A stretch of 64,000 nucleotides of DNA from a virus. Taxonomy: Duplodnaviria > Caudoviricetes. This document shows positions 17,688 through 25,602 of this stretch, one piece after another. The notes under the pieces were generated by a model, which did not search any database, was not told the origin of the DNA, and worked only from the letters and a program-made list of their open reading frames with translations. Location: IMG/VR virus record IMGVR_UViG_3300037249_001000, positions 75,540 to 139,539 of that record, one strand, 5' to 3'. A program made the translations under genes and the position numbers. Each line of letters begins with the position of its first letter. Positions within the stretch are counted from its first letter, which is position 1.

Positions 17688-18410
17688 ATGAACCTTTCTG
17701 AAGTTATAACTCGTATTAAATTAAAATTAGGTATTATGAATATTGCTGCTCCAATACAAAATCTCGATGGTACTATTTCAACTATTATTAAAGAAATAAC
17801 TATTCCAGATTTTTCTTTGTATAATCCCGATAAACAAAATATTCGTTTAGAATTAAAGGATTTAGAAAGATTAGAACATACAAATAGTTACGATACATAT
17901 CTTTTACCTGATTTTAAAACGAAGAAATTGTTATATGTATTTAATGTATACTATGATGATTCTACATTAGCAGGATTTGGTCATTATGGTGGAGCATTAC
18001 CTATGGTAGGTGGTCATATGATGGCTCAAGCTTTATCATCTAATGCTGCTGCTAATTTATATAATTTAATGATGCCTAAGATGACATTTGAATATATTCA
18101 TCCACGGCGTATTAAAATATTTAATCAATATTCAGAATCTAAATTAGTTTTTGAATTAGGATTCCAACATGATGTATCATTAGCATCTATTCCTGAAACA
18201 TGCAGAACTTCTTTTATGGAATTAGCTTTACTTGATGTTAAAGAAAATTTATATCCTATTTTTAAAAATTATACAAATTTGTCAACCGCTATTGGTAATA
18301 TTGATTTAAAGATAGAATCATGGGAATCAGCAGAAAGTGACCGTAAAGAATTAATTAATACATGGAACAATAGTTATCATTTAGATTTTACACCAATGTA
18401 TTATGCTTAA
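17688..18410 (+). CDS. Putative neck/head-completion virion protein
   Basis: N-terminal VITRIKLKLG resembles T4 gp13-like neck proteins; structural context. Confidence 0.4.
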   Translation: MNLSEVITRIKLKLGIMNIAAPIQNLDGTISTIIKEITIPDFSLYNPDKQNIRLELKDLERLEHTNSYDTYLLPDFKTKKLLYVFNVYYDDSTLAGFGHYGGALPMVGGHMMAQALSSNAAANLYNLMMPKMTFEYIHPRRIKIFNQYSESKLVFELGFQHDVSLASIPETCRTSFMELALLDVKENLYPIFKNYTNLSTAIGNIDLKIESWESAESDRKELINTWNNSYHLDFTPMYYA

Positions 18411-18419
18411 ATATAAAAA

Positions 18420-18458
18420 TATGAAGACAAGTATGGATTATCCATACTTGTCTTCATA
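18420..18458. terminator. Bidirectional terminator hairpin
   Basis: ATGAAGACAAGTATGGAT/ATCCATACTTGTCTTCAT inverted repeat between convergent units. Confidence 0.7.
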
Positions 18459-18516
18459 AATAGGAAAATTAAAAGCGGTTTACTATAGGAAATAATAATA
18501 TAGAAATTCTGTAACG

Positions 18517-18605
18517 TGGTGCCGGTGACGAGATTTGAACTCGTACGGGTTATACAATCCGAGGGATTTTAAGTCCCTTGTGTCTGCCTATTCCACCACA
18601 CCGGC
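18517..18605 (-). tRNA. tRNA-Leu(UAA)
   Basis: GCCGGTG..GACTTAAAATC anticodon arm, long variable arm, GTTCAA T-loop, encoded CCA. Confidence 0.95.
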
Positions 18606-18637
18606 AAATATTTATTTCCTATGTATATATAATTAAG

Positions 18638-18709
18638 CTGGGCTGGCGAGATTCGAACTCACGGATGACGGAGTCAAAGTCCGTTGCCTTACCACTTGGC
18701 GACAGCCCA
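18638..18709 (-). tRNA. tRNA-Gln(UUG)
   Basis: TGGGCTG acceptor, GACTTTGACTC anticodon arm, GTTCGAATC; CCA not encoded. Confidence 0.93.
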
Positions 18710-18828
18710 TTATATTAGATGTTTTACTAATGACTCAGTTGGATCTACGTATAGGATATAGGAGTTGTCAAATAATATATCTAACCAACTGAGTCAAATT
18801 TTTCATTACGACTCTCTATTGAGTTGTA

Positions 18829-18904
18829 TGGTGAACCATCGGAGATTCGAACTCCGGACACCTTGATTAAAAGTCAAGTGCTCTGCCTACTGAGCTAATG
18901 ATTC
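18829..18904 (-). tRNA. tRNA-Lys(UUU)
   Basis: TAGCTCAG D-arm, TGACTTTTAATCA anticodon arm, encoded CCA. Confidence 0.95.
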
Positions 18905-18913
18905 ATATAATAG

Positions 18914-18988
18914 TGCAGCCTCAGGGACTCGAACCCTGGACCAACCGGTTATGAGCCGGTAGCTCTAACCAAACTGAGCTAAGGCTAC
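18914..18988 (-). tRNA. tRNA with CAU anticodon, most like tRNA-Ile2 (lysidine type)
   Basis: ACCGGCTCATAACCGGT anticodon arm matches the Firmicute Ile2 pattern GGCTCATAACC. Confidence 0.85.
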
Positions 18989-19002
18989 ATTTTTTTTGTC
19001 AT

Positions 19003-19014
19003 TACTTTTATGTT
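19003..19014 (-). promoter_or_regulatory. AR9-type promoter upstream of the tRNA cluster
   Basis: AACATAAAAGTA on the minus strand, about 15 nt before the first tRNA. Confidence 0.55.
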
Positions 19015-19187
19015 ATGTTATAAATAATTTTTTATTTAATTAAATTATTTATTTTCGAGATTAATTATGTGTTAGTACTATAATAAAAAATTATTCGTTT
19101 TTATTATAAGAGAAATATTTTAAATATTGAAAAATAAAAAATGAAGCTACACTTATTTAACCAAAAATGAACGAGGTGATAATATAA

Positions 19188-20423
19188 ATGACAAATATAA
19201 ATCACAAAGATCTTATTATATTAGAAATATATAATAGATATTCTCGTGGAGAAATAACAACCGAAGAACGTAATATGTTATTTAATAAATGTGATGAAGT
19301 ATTTAATGAAGCTGGTAATATATTACTTAATGAAGATAGAGTAGAATATAATTGTGATACATTGAGACCCAATTCAAATAATAATATTTTATTTATTACC
19401 GGATTTTCTGGTTCGGGTAAATCAACGTTGATGGACGAACTTTATCAAAAATATCAAGATAAAATTATTATGGTTTCAGGTGATTTCTTTTTTATGACAT
19501 GTAGATATAAGTATAGAAAAGATATGTCAGCAAAATATGGAAATAAAAATTTTAATTTTAACAGAAATGAAAAATTTGGTTTCGATAGTGAAAAAAGTAG
19601 ACAGTTTCTTGGACCTATAATAACTAGATATTTTGATATCTACTATGATTCAATCACACTATCATATGACAAATTTAGTAATCCAGAATTAATAAAATAT
19701 TGGGAACATTTTGTTCTTTGGTTATATGATGATATCAATAAAAATAAATATTTATACAGAGATAAAATTATTGTTGCAGAAGGAACGCAAATCTGCAATT
19801 CAAACCCAGAATTATATAAAGATCATGCAGTAATAATTACAGGAACATCTGCATTGGTTTCATATGCTCGTAAAGCTAATAGAGATATCATTATCCCTAA
19901 AAAATATGATTGGAAACATATGAAAACATTATTAACAATGATTCCTGTATATATAAAAGATATGGGAAATATAAATAGATTACAAAAAACTATGGAAATG
20001 TTTGATGAATCTACTAAATATGATAAATATTTAAATGATGTGAATGAAATAATATCTAAACTATCTAAAGAAGAATCAAATTATATTGGCAGAGGACAAT
20101 GGGTTGATTCTGAATATGTTATATATAGAAAAGTTGAATATAACGATAATATACCAATAGCTTTTATTGATGTATATTTGATGCCTAAATATGAAAATAC
20201 CGGATTAATAGTTATTGCTGTTTCTAAAGATGCTCGTGGTAAAGGTATTGGAAAGAAACTTGTGAAAGGAGCTATTAATTCTCTTAAAAGTAATAAAGAT
20301 ATTGATAGATTACGATGGAAAGTTGATTCTAATAATAAAATATCTATAAATATGGCAGAATCGTTAGGTTTCGAATTATCTGAAACTACTAAAAAGGAAA
20401 AAATTTATTATTATAATTTATAA
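19188..20423 (+). CDS. SHOCT-like leader + P-loop nucleotide-kinase-like domain + GNAT acetyltransferase
   Basis: GFSGSGKST; VSKDARGKGIGKKLV and NKISINMAESLGF GNAT motifs; leader shared with 14318. Confidence 0.8.
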   Translation: MTNINHKDLIILEIYNRYSRGEITTEERNMLFNKCDEVFNEAGNILLNEDRVEYNCDTLRPNSNNNILFITGFSGSGKSTLMDELYQKYQDKIIMVSGDFFFMTCRYKYRKDMSAKYGNKNFNFNRNEKFGFDSEKSRQFLGPIITRYFDIYYDSITLSYDKFSNPELIKYWEHFVLWLYDDINKNKYLYRDKIIVAEGTQICNSNPELYKDHAVIITGTSALVSYARKANRDIIIPKKYDWKHMKTLLTMIPVYIKDMGNINRLQKTMEMFDESTKYDKYLNDVNEIISKLSKEESNYIGRGQWVDSEYVIYRKVEYNDNIPIAFIDVYLMPKYENTGLIVIAVSKDARGKGIGKKLVKGAINSLKSNKDIDRLRWKVDSNNKISINMAESLGFELSETTKKEKIYYYNL

Positions 20424-20441
20424 AGTAAAGGAGATATAATT

Positions 20442-20729
20442 ATGAATGATTTTTATTGTGAAACTTGTGGTATTGACACAGAGAATATTAAGGATACAAC
20501 AATTGTAAAAGAATATGATAGTGATTTTGTACTATATTCAACAGGTTGTCCAAAATGTAATGTATTGGAAAAAAAATTAAAAAGTAAAAATGTGGATTTT
20601 GTTATTGAAACAGATATTGATGCTATTGTTAAAATGGGATATACATCAGCTCCAATACTTTGGTATAGAAATGCGGATAAGTATTATACTTTTGCTGAAG
20701 CGGTTAACTTCGTAAATAATATTATTTAA
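20442..20729 (+). CDS. NrdH/glutaredoxin-like redoxin
   Basis: LYSTGCPKC..SAPIL; directly upstream of nrdD. Confidence 0.8.
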   Translation: MNDFYCETCGIDTENIKDTTIVKEYDSDFVLYSTGCPKCNVLEKKLKSKNVDFVIETDIDAIVKMGYTSAPILWYRNADKYYTFAEAVNFVNNII

Positions 20730-20752
20730 ATATAGAAGGGAAAATAAGTATC

Positions 20753-22738
20753 ATGGTTAATATTTTAAAAAATATAAAATCTTCATTTAAAAAATTTTTA
20801 TATAAAGATAAATCGAAAAATAATTTTTCGATTGAATTAGATTTATATGAGCCGTTCGTTAAATCCCTTAAACGACTTGAAAAAAAATACGGAAACGAAT
20901 TTACTAAATTAAATTCGTTATCAAATGAACAATTAAATTTTACAACTTTTATTGATGCTTTTATTGATAGTAAAAACGTAGCAAATGCATCTATTGATGC
21001 TAATGCAAATGTAAAAGCAAAAGACATTTGTGCTTTAGAAAATGAAATGTGTAAGCCACACGAAAAGTTACTTGCTTATAATAAAATCTTTTATGAATTA
21101 GATAAAGTTCATGGAAGAGAGTTTGCAAATAAATGGTTGGAAGAAGAATGGTCTGGTGCATCATATTTACATGATGCTTATTCAGCTACCTTTAAACCAT
21201 ATTGTTTTGCTTATGACCTTGAAGATTTTGTAAATAAAGGTCTTTTCTTTGTAGATGGGTTTGGTGGAAATGCACCAAAACATCTATCAACTTATGTTAC
21301 GCTTGTTAAGGAATATGTATCATGGGCATCTAATAGAACTAGTGGTGCTTGCGGTCTTCCATCATTCCTTATTCATGCATTTTATTTTTGGAAAAAAGAC
21401 GTTGAAAACGGTTATTATATAAAAGACCCTATGTATTATAGAGATCAATGTTTTCAGGAATTTATATATGGTTTGAATCAGCCATATCTAAGAATTGCAC
21501 AATGTGCATTTACAAATATTTCTATCATGGATAGACCATATTTAGAAGAAATTTTTGGTGGAAGAGAGTTCCCCGATGGGACATTTGTAATCGATTATAT
21601 TGAAGAAATTATTCAATTTGAAGAAGACTTTATGCGAATAGTTTCTGATATTAGAGAAGAACAAATGTTTACATTCCCTGTTTTCTCATATTCACTTCTT
21701 TTCCAGAATGGTAAATTTGTTGATGAAGAATTTGCTAGATGGTGTAGTGACCATAATGTTAAATGGTTTGATTCTAATTTCTTCGTTGGTAATGATGTTA
21801 CATCATTGAGTTCTTGTTGTAGACTTGTTAATGATTTTAGCAATTTAAAAGGATTCATTAATTCCATAGGTGGAACATCTATAAAGATTGGTTCAATAAA
21901 AGTAAATACAATTAACCTCATGAGAATTGCATATGAATCTGAAGGTTATATAGAAAAATACTTTGAGATTCTTAGAGATAGAGTTAATACTTGTATTCTT
22001 GTATTGGATACAGTGCGTCACATTATTCAACGGAACGTAGAAAAAGGGCTACTTCCAAATTATACACATGGACTTATCGATATGAAGAATCAATATAATA
22101 CAATTGGTATTAATGCTTTATATGAAGCAGTTAGATATTTTGGATTTATAGAAGAAGACGAGTTTGGTAATAAAAGTTATACTGAAGAAGGTTTAGAGTT
22201 TGCATCAGATATTCTTGATACTATTAATGAGGTTAAAGATTCGTTTGATTTTGATTATAGTATTAATGTTGAAGCTGTGCCGGGTGAGAGATGTGCAGTA
22301 GTTCTTTGTCAGAAAGATTCAAAGTTGTATGAAAATACATACGATGATTTCATTTATGCAAATCAATGGATTCCTCTTACAGAGAAATGTAGTCTTGATG
22401 AAAAAATTAAACTTGGTGCTATTTTGGATAAAAAATGCGGTGGTGGACAGATTTGCCATATTAACGTAGATGGTAAGATTGATAAAGAGACCGCATGGAA
22501 ATTATTGAATAAAATCGCTAATCGTGGTGTAATTTATTTTGCATTCAACGGCATGATTTCTGTATGTGAAAATACACATGGATTTTTTGGTGACGTGTGC
22601 CCTAAATGTGGAAAACATAAAGTTGATACTTTCCAGCGTATAGTTGGTTATCTTGTACCATCATCAAACTATTCTAAAGAAAGATACAAAGAATTTAAAG
22701 GTAGGTATTGGTATGATCTCAACGACTCAGTGGTATAA
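20753..22738 (+). CDS. nrdD: Anaerobic (class III) ribonucleoside-triphosphate reductase
   Basis: YLHD, PYC, SCCRL, EAVPGE, CxxxH..CPKC zinc site, RIVGYL glycyl-radical motif; no ATP cone. Confidence 0.93.
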   Translation: MVNILKNIKSSFKKFLYKDKSKNNFSIELDLYEPFVKSLKRLEKKYGNEFTKLNSLSNEQLNFTTFIDAFIDSKNVANASIDANANVKAKDICALENEMCKPHEKLLAYNKIFYELDKVHGREFANKWLEEEWSGASYLHDAYSATFKPYCFAYDLEDFVNKGLFFVDGFGGNAPKHLSTYVTLVKEYVSWASNRTSGACGLPSFLIHAFYFWKKDVENGYYIKDPMYYRDQCFQEFIYGLNQPYLRIAQCAFTNISIMDRPYLEEIFGGREFPDGTFVIDYIEEIIQFEEDFMRIVSDIREEQMFTFPVFSYSLLFQNGKFVDEEFARWCSDHNVKWFDSNFFVGNDVTSLSSCCRLVNDFSNLKGFINSIGGTSIKIGSIKVNTINLMRIAYESEGYIEKYFEILRDRVNTCILVLDTVRHIIQRNVEKGLLPNYTHGLIDMKNQYNTIGINALYEAVRYFGFIEEDEFGNKSYTEEGLEFASDILDTINEVKDSFDFDYSINVEAVPGERCAVVLCQKDSKLYENTYDDFIYANQWIPLTEKCSLDEKIKLGAILDKKCGGGQICHINVDGKIDKETAWKLLNKIANRGVIYFAFNGMISVCENTHGFFGDVCPKCGKHKVDTFQRIVGYLVPSSNYSKERYKEFKGRYWYDLNDSVV

Positions 22739-23231
22739 TCATTCCACTTTTAAAATAAAAGATATTAAAGATGAAGTATTTCAAGATTATTATAAATCGT
22801 CCATGTTAATTTCTACATCACAATGTGATTGGAAATGTTGTACTGAACAAAATATGGACAATTCAATTTGTCAAAATTCTGCTATATCATCTAATCCAAC
22901 GGTTGAGTATTCTATATCTGATATTTATAATAGATATAAAAATAATGAACTTACTGAAGCTATAATAGTTGGTGGATTAGAACCATTTAAGCAATTTGAA
23001 GAATTGGTTTGTTTAATTGATTATTTCAGAGCTCAAGGTTGCTATGATGATTTTGTTATATATACAGGATATTATGAAGATGAAATTAAAGATGAAATAA
23101 CTAGATTAAAAAAATATCCAAATATTATAATTAAATTTGGTAGATTTATAATAAATTCAGAATCAGTATATGATTCTGTTTTAAAGATTAATCTTGCATC
23201 GAAAAATCAATATGCAAAAAAAATATCCTAA
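22713..23231 (+). CDS. nrdG: Anaerobic RNR activase (radical SAM)
   Basis: CDWKC..CQN, GGLEPF, IYTGY, KFGRF, ASKNQ. Confidence 0.88.
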   Translation: MISTTQWYNHSTFKIKDIKDEVFQDYYKSSMLISTSQCDWKCCTEQNMDNSICQNSAISSNPTVEYSISDIYNRYKNNELTEAIIVGGLEPFKQFEELVCLIDYFRAQGCYDDFVIYTGYYEDEIKDEITRLKKYPNIIIKFGRFIINSESVYDSVLKINLASKNQYAKKIS

Positions 23232-23284
23232 AAAATAAAGATAGTAAACGAATATTCTGTTTACTATCTTTATGTTGACGGTTA

Positions 23285-23470
23285 TTAAATATAATAACCG
23301 TCAACATCTTTTTCATTTAAACCATTCTGCTCCATATAATGATGAAGAAGAGCGGTTTCCATGCCGCTCTTCTTCATCATAAGATACTGCATGATATGTC
23401 CGAGTCTTTTTAAAGACTCGAAATCATCTTCATGCAGAGCTTCCTGCATTTTTTCTTTTATTGATGTCAT
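23285..23470 (-). CDS. Small hypothetical early protein
   Basis: AAGGAGG RBS; early motif at 23501..23548(-). Confidence 0.6.
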   Translation of the reverse strand: MTSIKEKMQEALHEDDFESLKRLGHIMQYLMMKKSGMETALLHHYMEQNGLNEKDVDGYYI

Positions 23471-23500
23471 AATTAATTCCTCCTTTTTATTAATATATAT

Positions 23501-23548
23501 ATTATGACACAAAAATAATATATATATATTAATAAATTAAAAATACGG
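23501..23548 (-). promoter_or_regulatory. Putative early promoter (extended motif)
   Basis: Minus strand CCGTATTTTTAAT..TATATTATTTTTGTGTCATAAT. Confidence 0.7.
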
Positions 23549-23579
23549 AAAATAAATAGGTTAATTATTATTAACCTAT

Positions 23580-23759
23580 TTATTTTGTTTTCTTTAAAAT
23601 AGCAAGCATCATTAATGAAATTAATGATAAAATACCTGTACTAAATGATATACTGAAACATGATTTTAAAAATATGACCACCGATAATACTATCAAATAA
23701 ACCATCATAAATATTACTTTCTCTTTGTTAGAAACTTTTTCCTGATTATTTTTTCTCAT
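23580..23759 (-). CDS. Small two-transmembrane protein (59 aa, not in the ORF track)
   Basis: MRKNNQEKVSNKEKVIFMMVYLIVLSVVIFLKSCFSISFSTGILSLISLMMLAILKKTK; AAAGGAAG RBS. Confidence 0.5.
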   Translation of the reverse strand: MRKNNQEKVSNKEKVIFMMVYLIVLSVVIFLKSCFSISFSTGILSLISLMMLAILKKTK

Positions 23760-23846
23760 TAATTACTTCCTTTCTCAGAGCAAATCGGTATTCTAGGTAT
23801 TAAACCTAGAATACCTTTTAATATGTTTGTTTATTTTTAGAGATGA

Positions 23847-24431
23847 TTAATTCGTGCTACCGAATCCACCATCCCTTTTTTTTAGTTCAGAATTATCTAA
23901 ATCATTTGATGCGTAGAACACTTCATGGAAAATACCCTGAACAAATGATTTGCCTTCATTAAAATGAATAGAGCCTTCTGCAAGTGGTAGAAAACCTTGA
24001 TAATCGAGCTTAACCATGATGTGTCCTTCATTTGAACTATTATAGTAATCAGAATCAATGATACCAATAGTATTCGCTATTTTTAAATTATTCTTGAATC
24101 CTAAACCTGATTTAGGATAAATATCAAGAGAATAACCAGGCATCATATTACATCTAATTCCGGTAGGAATTACAATAGATTTAGTTATCCCTAAATCAAA
24201 AGCAAATGGTGTGTAAAAATCATATCCAGCACTTTCATATGTTGCACGTGATGGTATTTTGATTTTTTTATACAACTCGTCACAAAACTCATCAAATGAT
24301 ACATCATTAATAGGATAATTAGTTATAATATTATAATTATCCATATTACTTTTTATCATACTATTCATATCTTTTTTAAATTGTTCCTGGCTCACCTTTT
24401 CAAAGTGAGCCACATAAAATCCTTCTATCAT
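23847..24431 (-). CDS. dut: Trimeric dUTPase
   Basis: All five motifs present: AGYDF, PKSGLG, GIIDSDY, FVQGIF, RDGGFGST. Confidence 0.92.
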   Translation of the reverse strand: MIEGFYVAHFEKVSQEQFKKDMNSMIKSNMDNYNIITNYPINDVSFDEFCDELYKKIKIPSRATYESAGYDFYTPFAFDLGITKSIVIPTGIRCNMMPGYSLDIYPKSGLGFKNNLKIANTIGIIDSDYYNSSNEGHIMVKLDYQGFLPLAEGSIHFNEGKSFVQGIFHEVFYASNDLDNSELKKRDGGFGSTN

Positions 24432-24501
24432 ATTACTATTCTCCTTTACTTTATTATAAATATTTATAATAAAGTAATAGTTAGAATTAAAAAGTATTAC
24501 T

Positions 24502-25506
24502 TTACTTACGATCTATCGATTCCATCATTTGATCTATATATTTATCTATCATTGGATTGTTACAAAAGAATTTGCAATATGCTAAAGCATACATTCCTAT
24601 TATTAATTCTTCATTATCGCCAAAATTTCTTTTTGTATAAACTAATGGTAATGATTTACAATAACATCTAAATAATGTAGAATTCTTATTCTTTTTTGTA
24701 GACAAATCTATTGCACACCCAAGCGATTCGATTAAAACTCCTAAATCATATTGAGTAGTTGCGTTTTTAATATATTTAAATTTTGGTAAAACATCTAAAT
24801 TAGTTTTACCAGTTGTTATCATATATGATAACTTTAATATACTATCTATTGCAATATCTTCAGGCATTACGATAGATGAATTAGAAGTTGGTATTCCTAC
24901 TTCTAATTCATCTGTTATATTTCTAATATGATTGTTTATATCAATCGGATCCGTTTTCCTACTGGTAATAAATGAACAATGATGGTTTATTTGTAATATT
25001 ATATTTTTATAAGCTTGACCATTTGATTCAAATATATCAATAAATTTAATAAAATCATTGATAATTTTAGATAATTCAAAATATATCTGTTCATATTTAG
25101 CCGGTTCATTGTTTAAAATGTAATAACGATTGTTATACAGTTTTTCTATACGGTTGATAGTTAATCTTATGAAAAATGTTAAAAATCGTAATTTAAAAGT
25201 ATAGGTATCTTGAGGATACATATATTCAAAATAATCTAGTCTTGATGAATTTAGAAATTCATCAGTTTCAATGAATTTAATCTTCTTTTCAAGGCTTAAC
25301 TCATTATTTATTTTTATCCTATTGATGTAATAAATCACATCGATGAGATAATTCTGAAATTGCTCCGTCATGAAATCGATAATCTGAGCAGGTTCGTTTA
25401 AATCGTTGGGAACATTAAGATTAATGGAAAATGCCTTGTCAAATTCATTAACATGTCTGCGTACATTGTTTGCCTTTTCAAATACTGAGGTTGTTTTGTT
25501 ATTCAT
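24502..25506 (-). CDS. Hypothetical protein
   Basis: 334-aa ORF with RBS. Confidence 0.6.
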   Translation of the reverse strand: MNNKTTSVFEKANNVRRHVNEFDKAFSINLNVPNDLNEPAQIIDFMTEQFQNYLIDVIYYINRIKINNELSLEKKIKFIETDEFLNSSRLDYFEYMYPQDTYTFKLRFLTFFIRLTINRIEKLYNNRYYILNNEPAKYEQIYFELSKIINDFIKFIDIFESNGQAYKNIILQINHHCSFITSRKTDPIDINNHIRNITDELEVGIPTSNSSIVMPEDIAIDSILKLSYMITTGKTNLDVLPKFKYIKNATTQYDLGVLIESLGCAIDLSTKKNKNSTLFRCYCKSLPLVYTKRNFGDNEELIIGMYALAYCKFFCNNPMIDKYIDQMMESIDRK

Positions 25507-25602
25507 AAAAAATCGTCCTTTCTATTTGTAAAATAATGTATATTTTTCCATTAAGATAATATATAAATACAGAGTTTGGTATAAAACCAAACTCTGTATT
25601 TA

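Noticed and set aside
18914-18988. Initiator tRNA-fMet
   Set aside because: Lacks the three consecutive G-C anticodon stem pairs and the C1 mismatch; the arm matches Ile2
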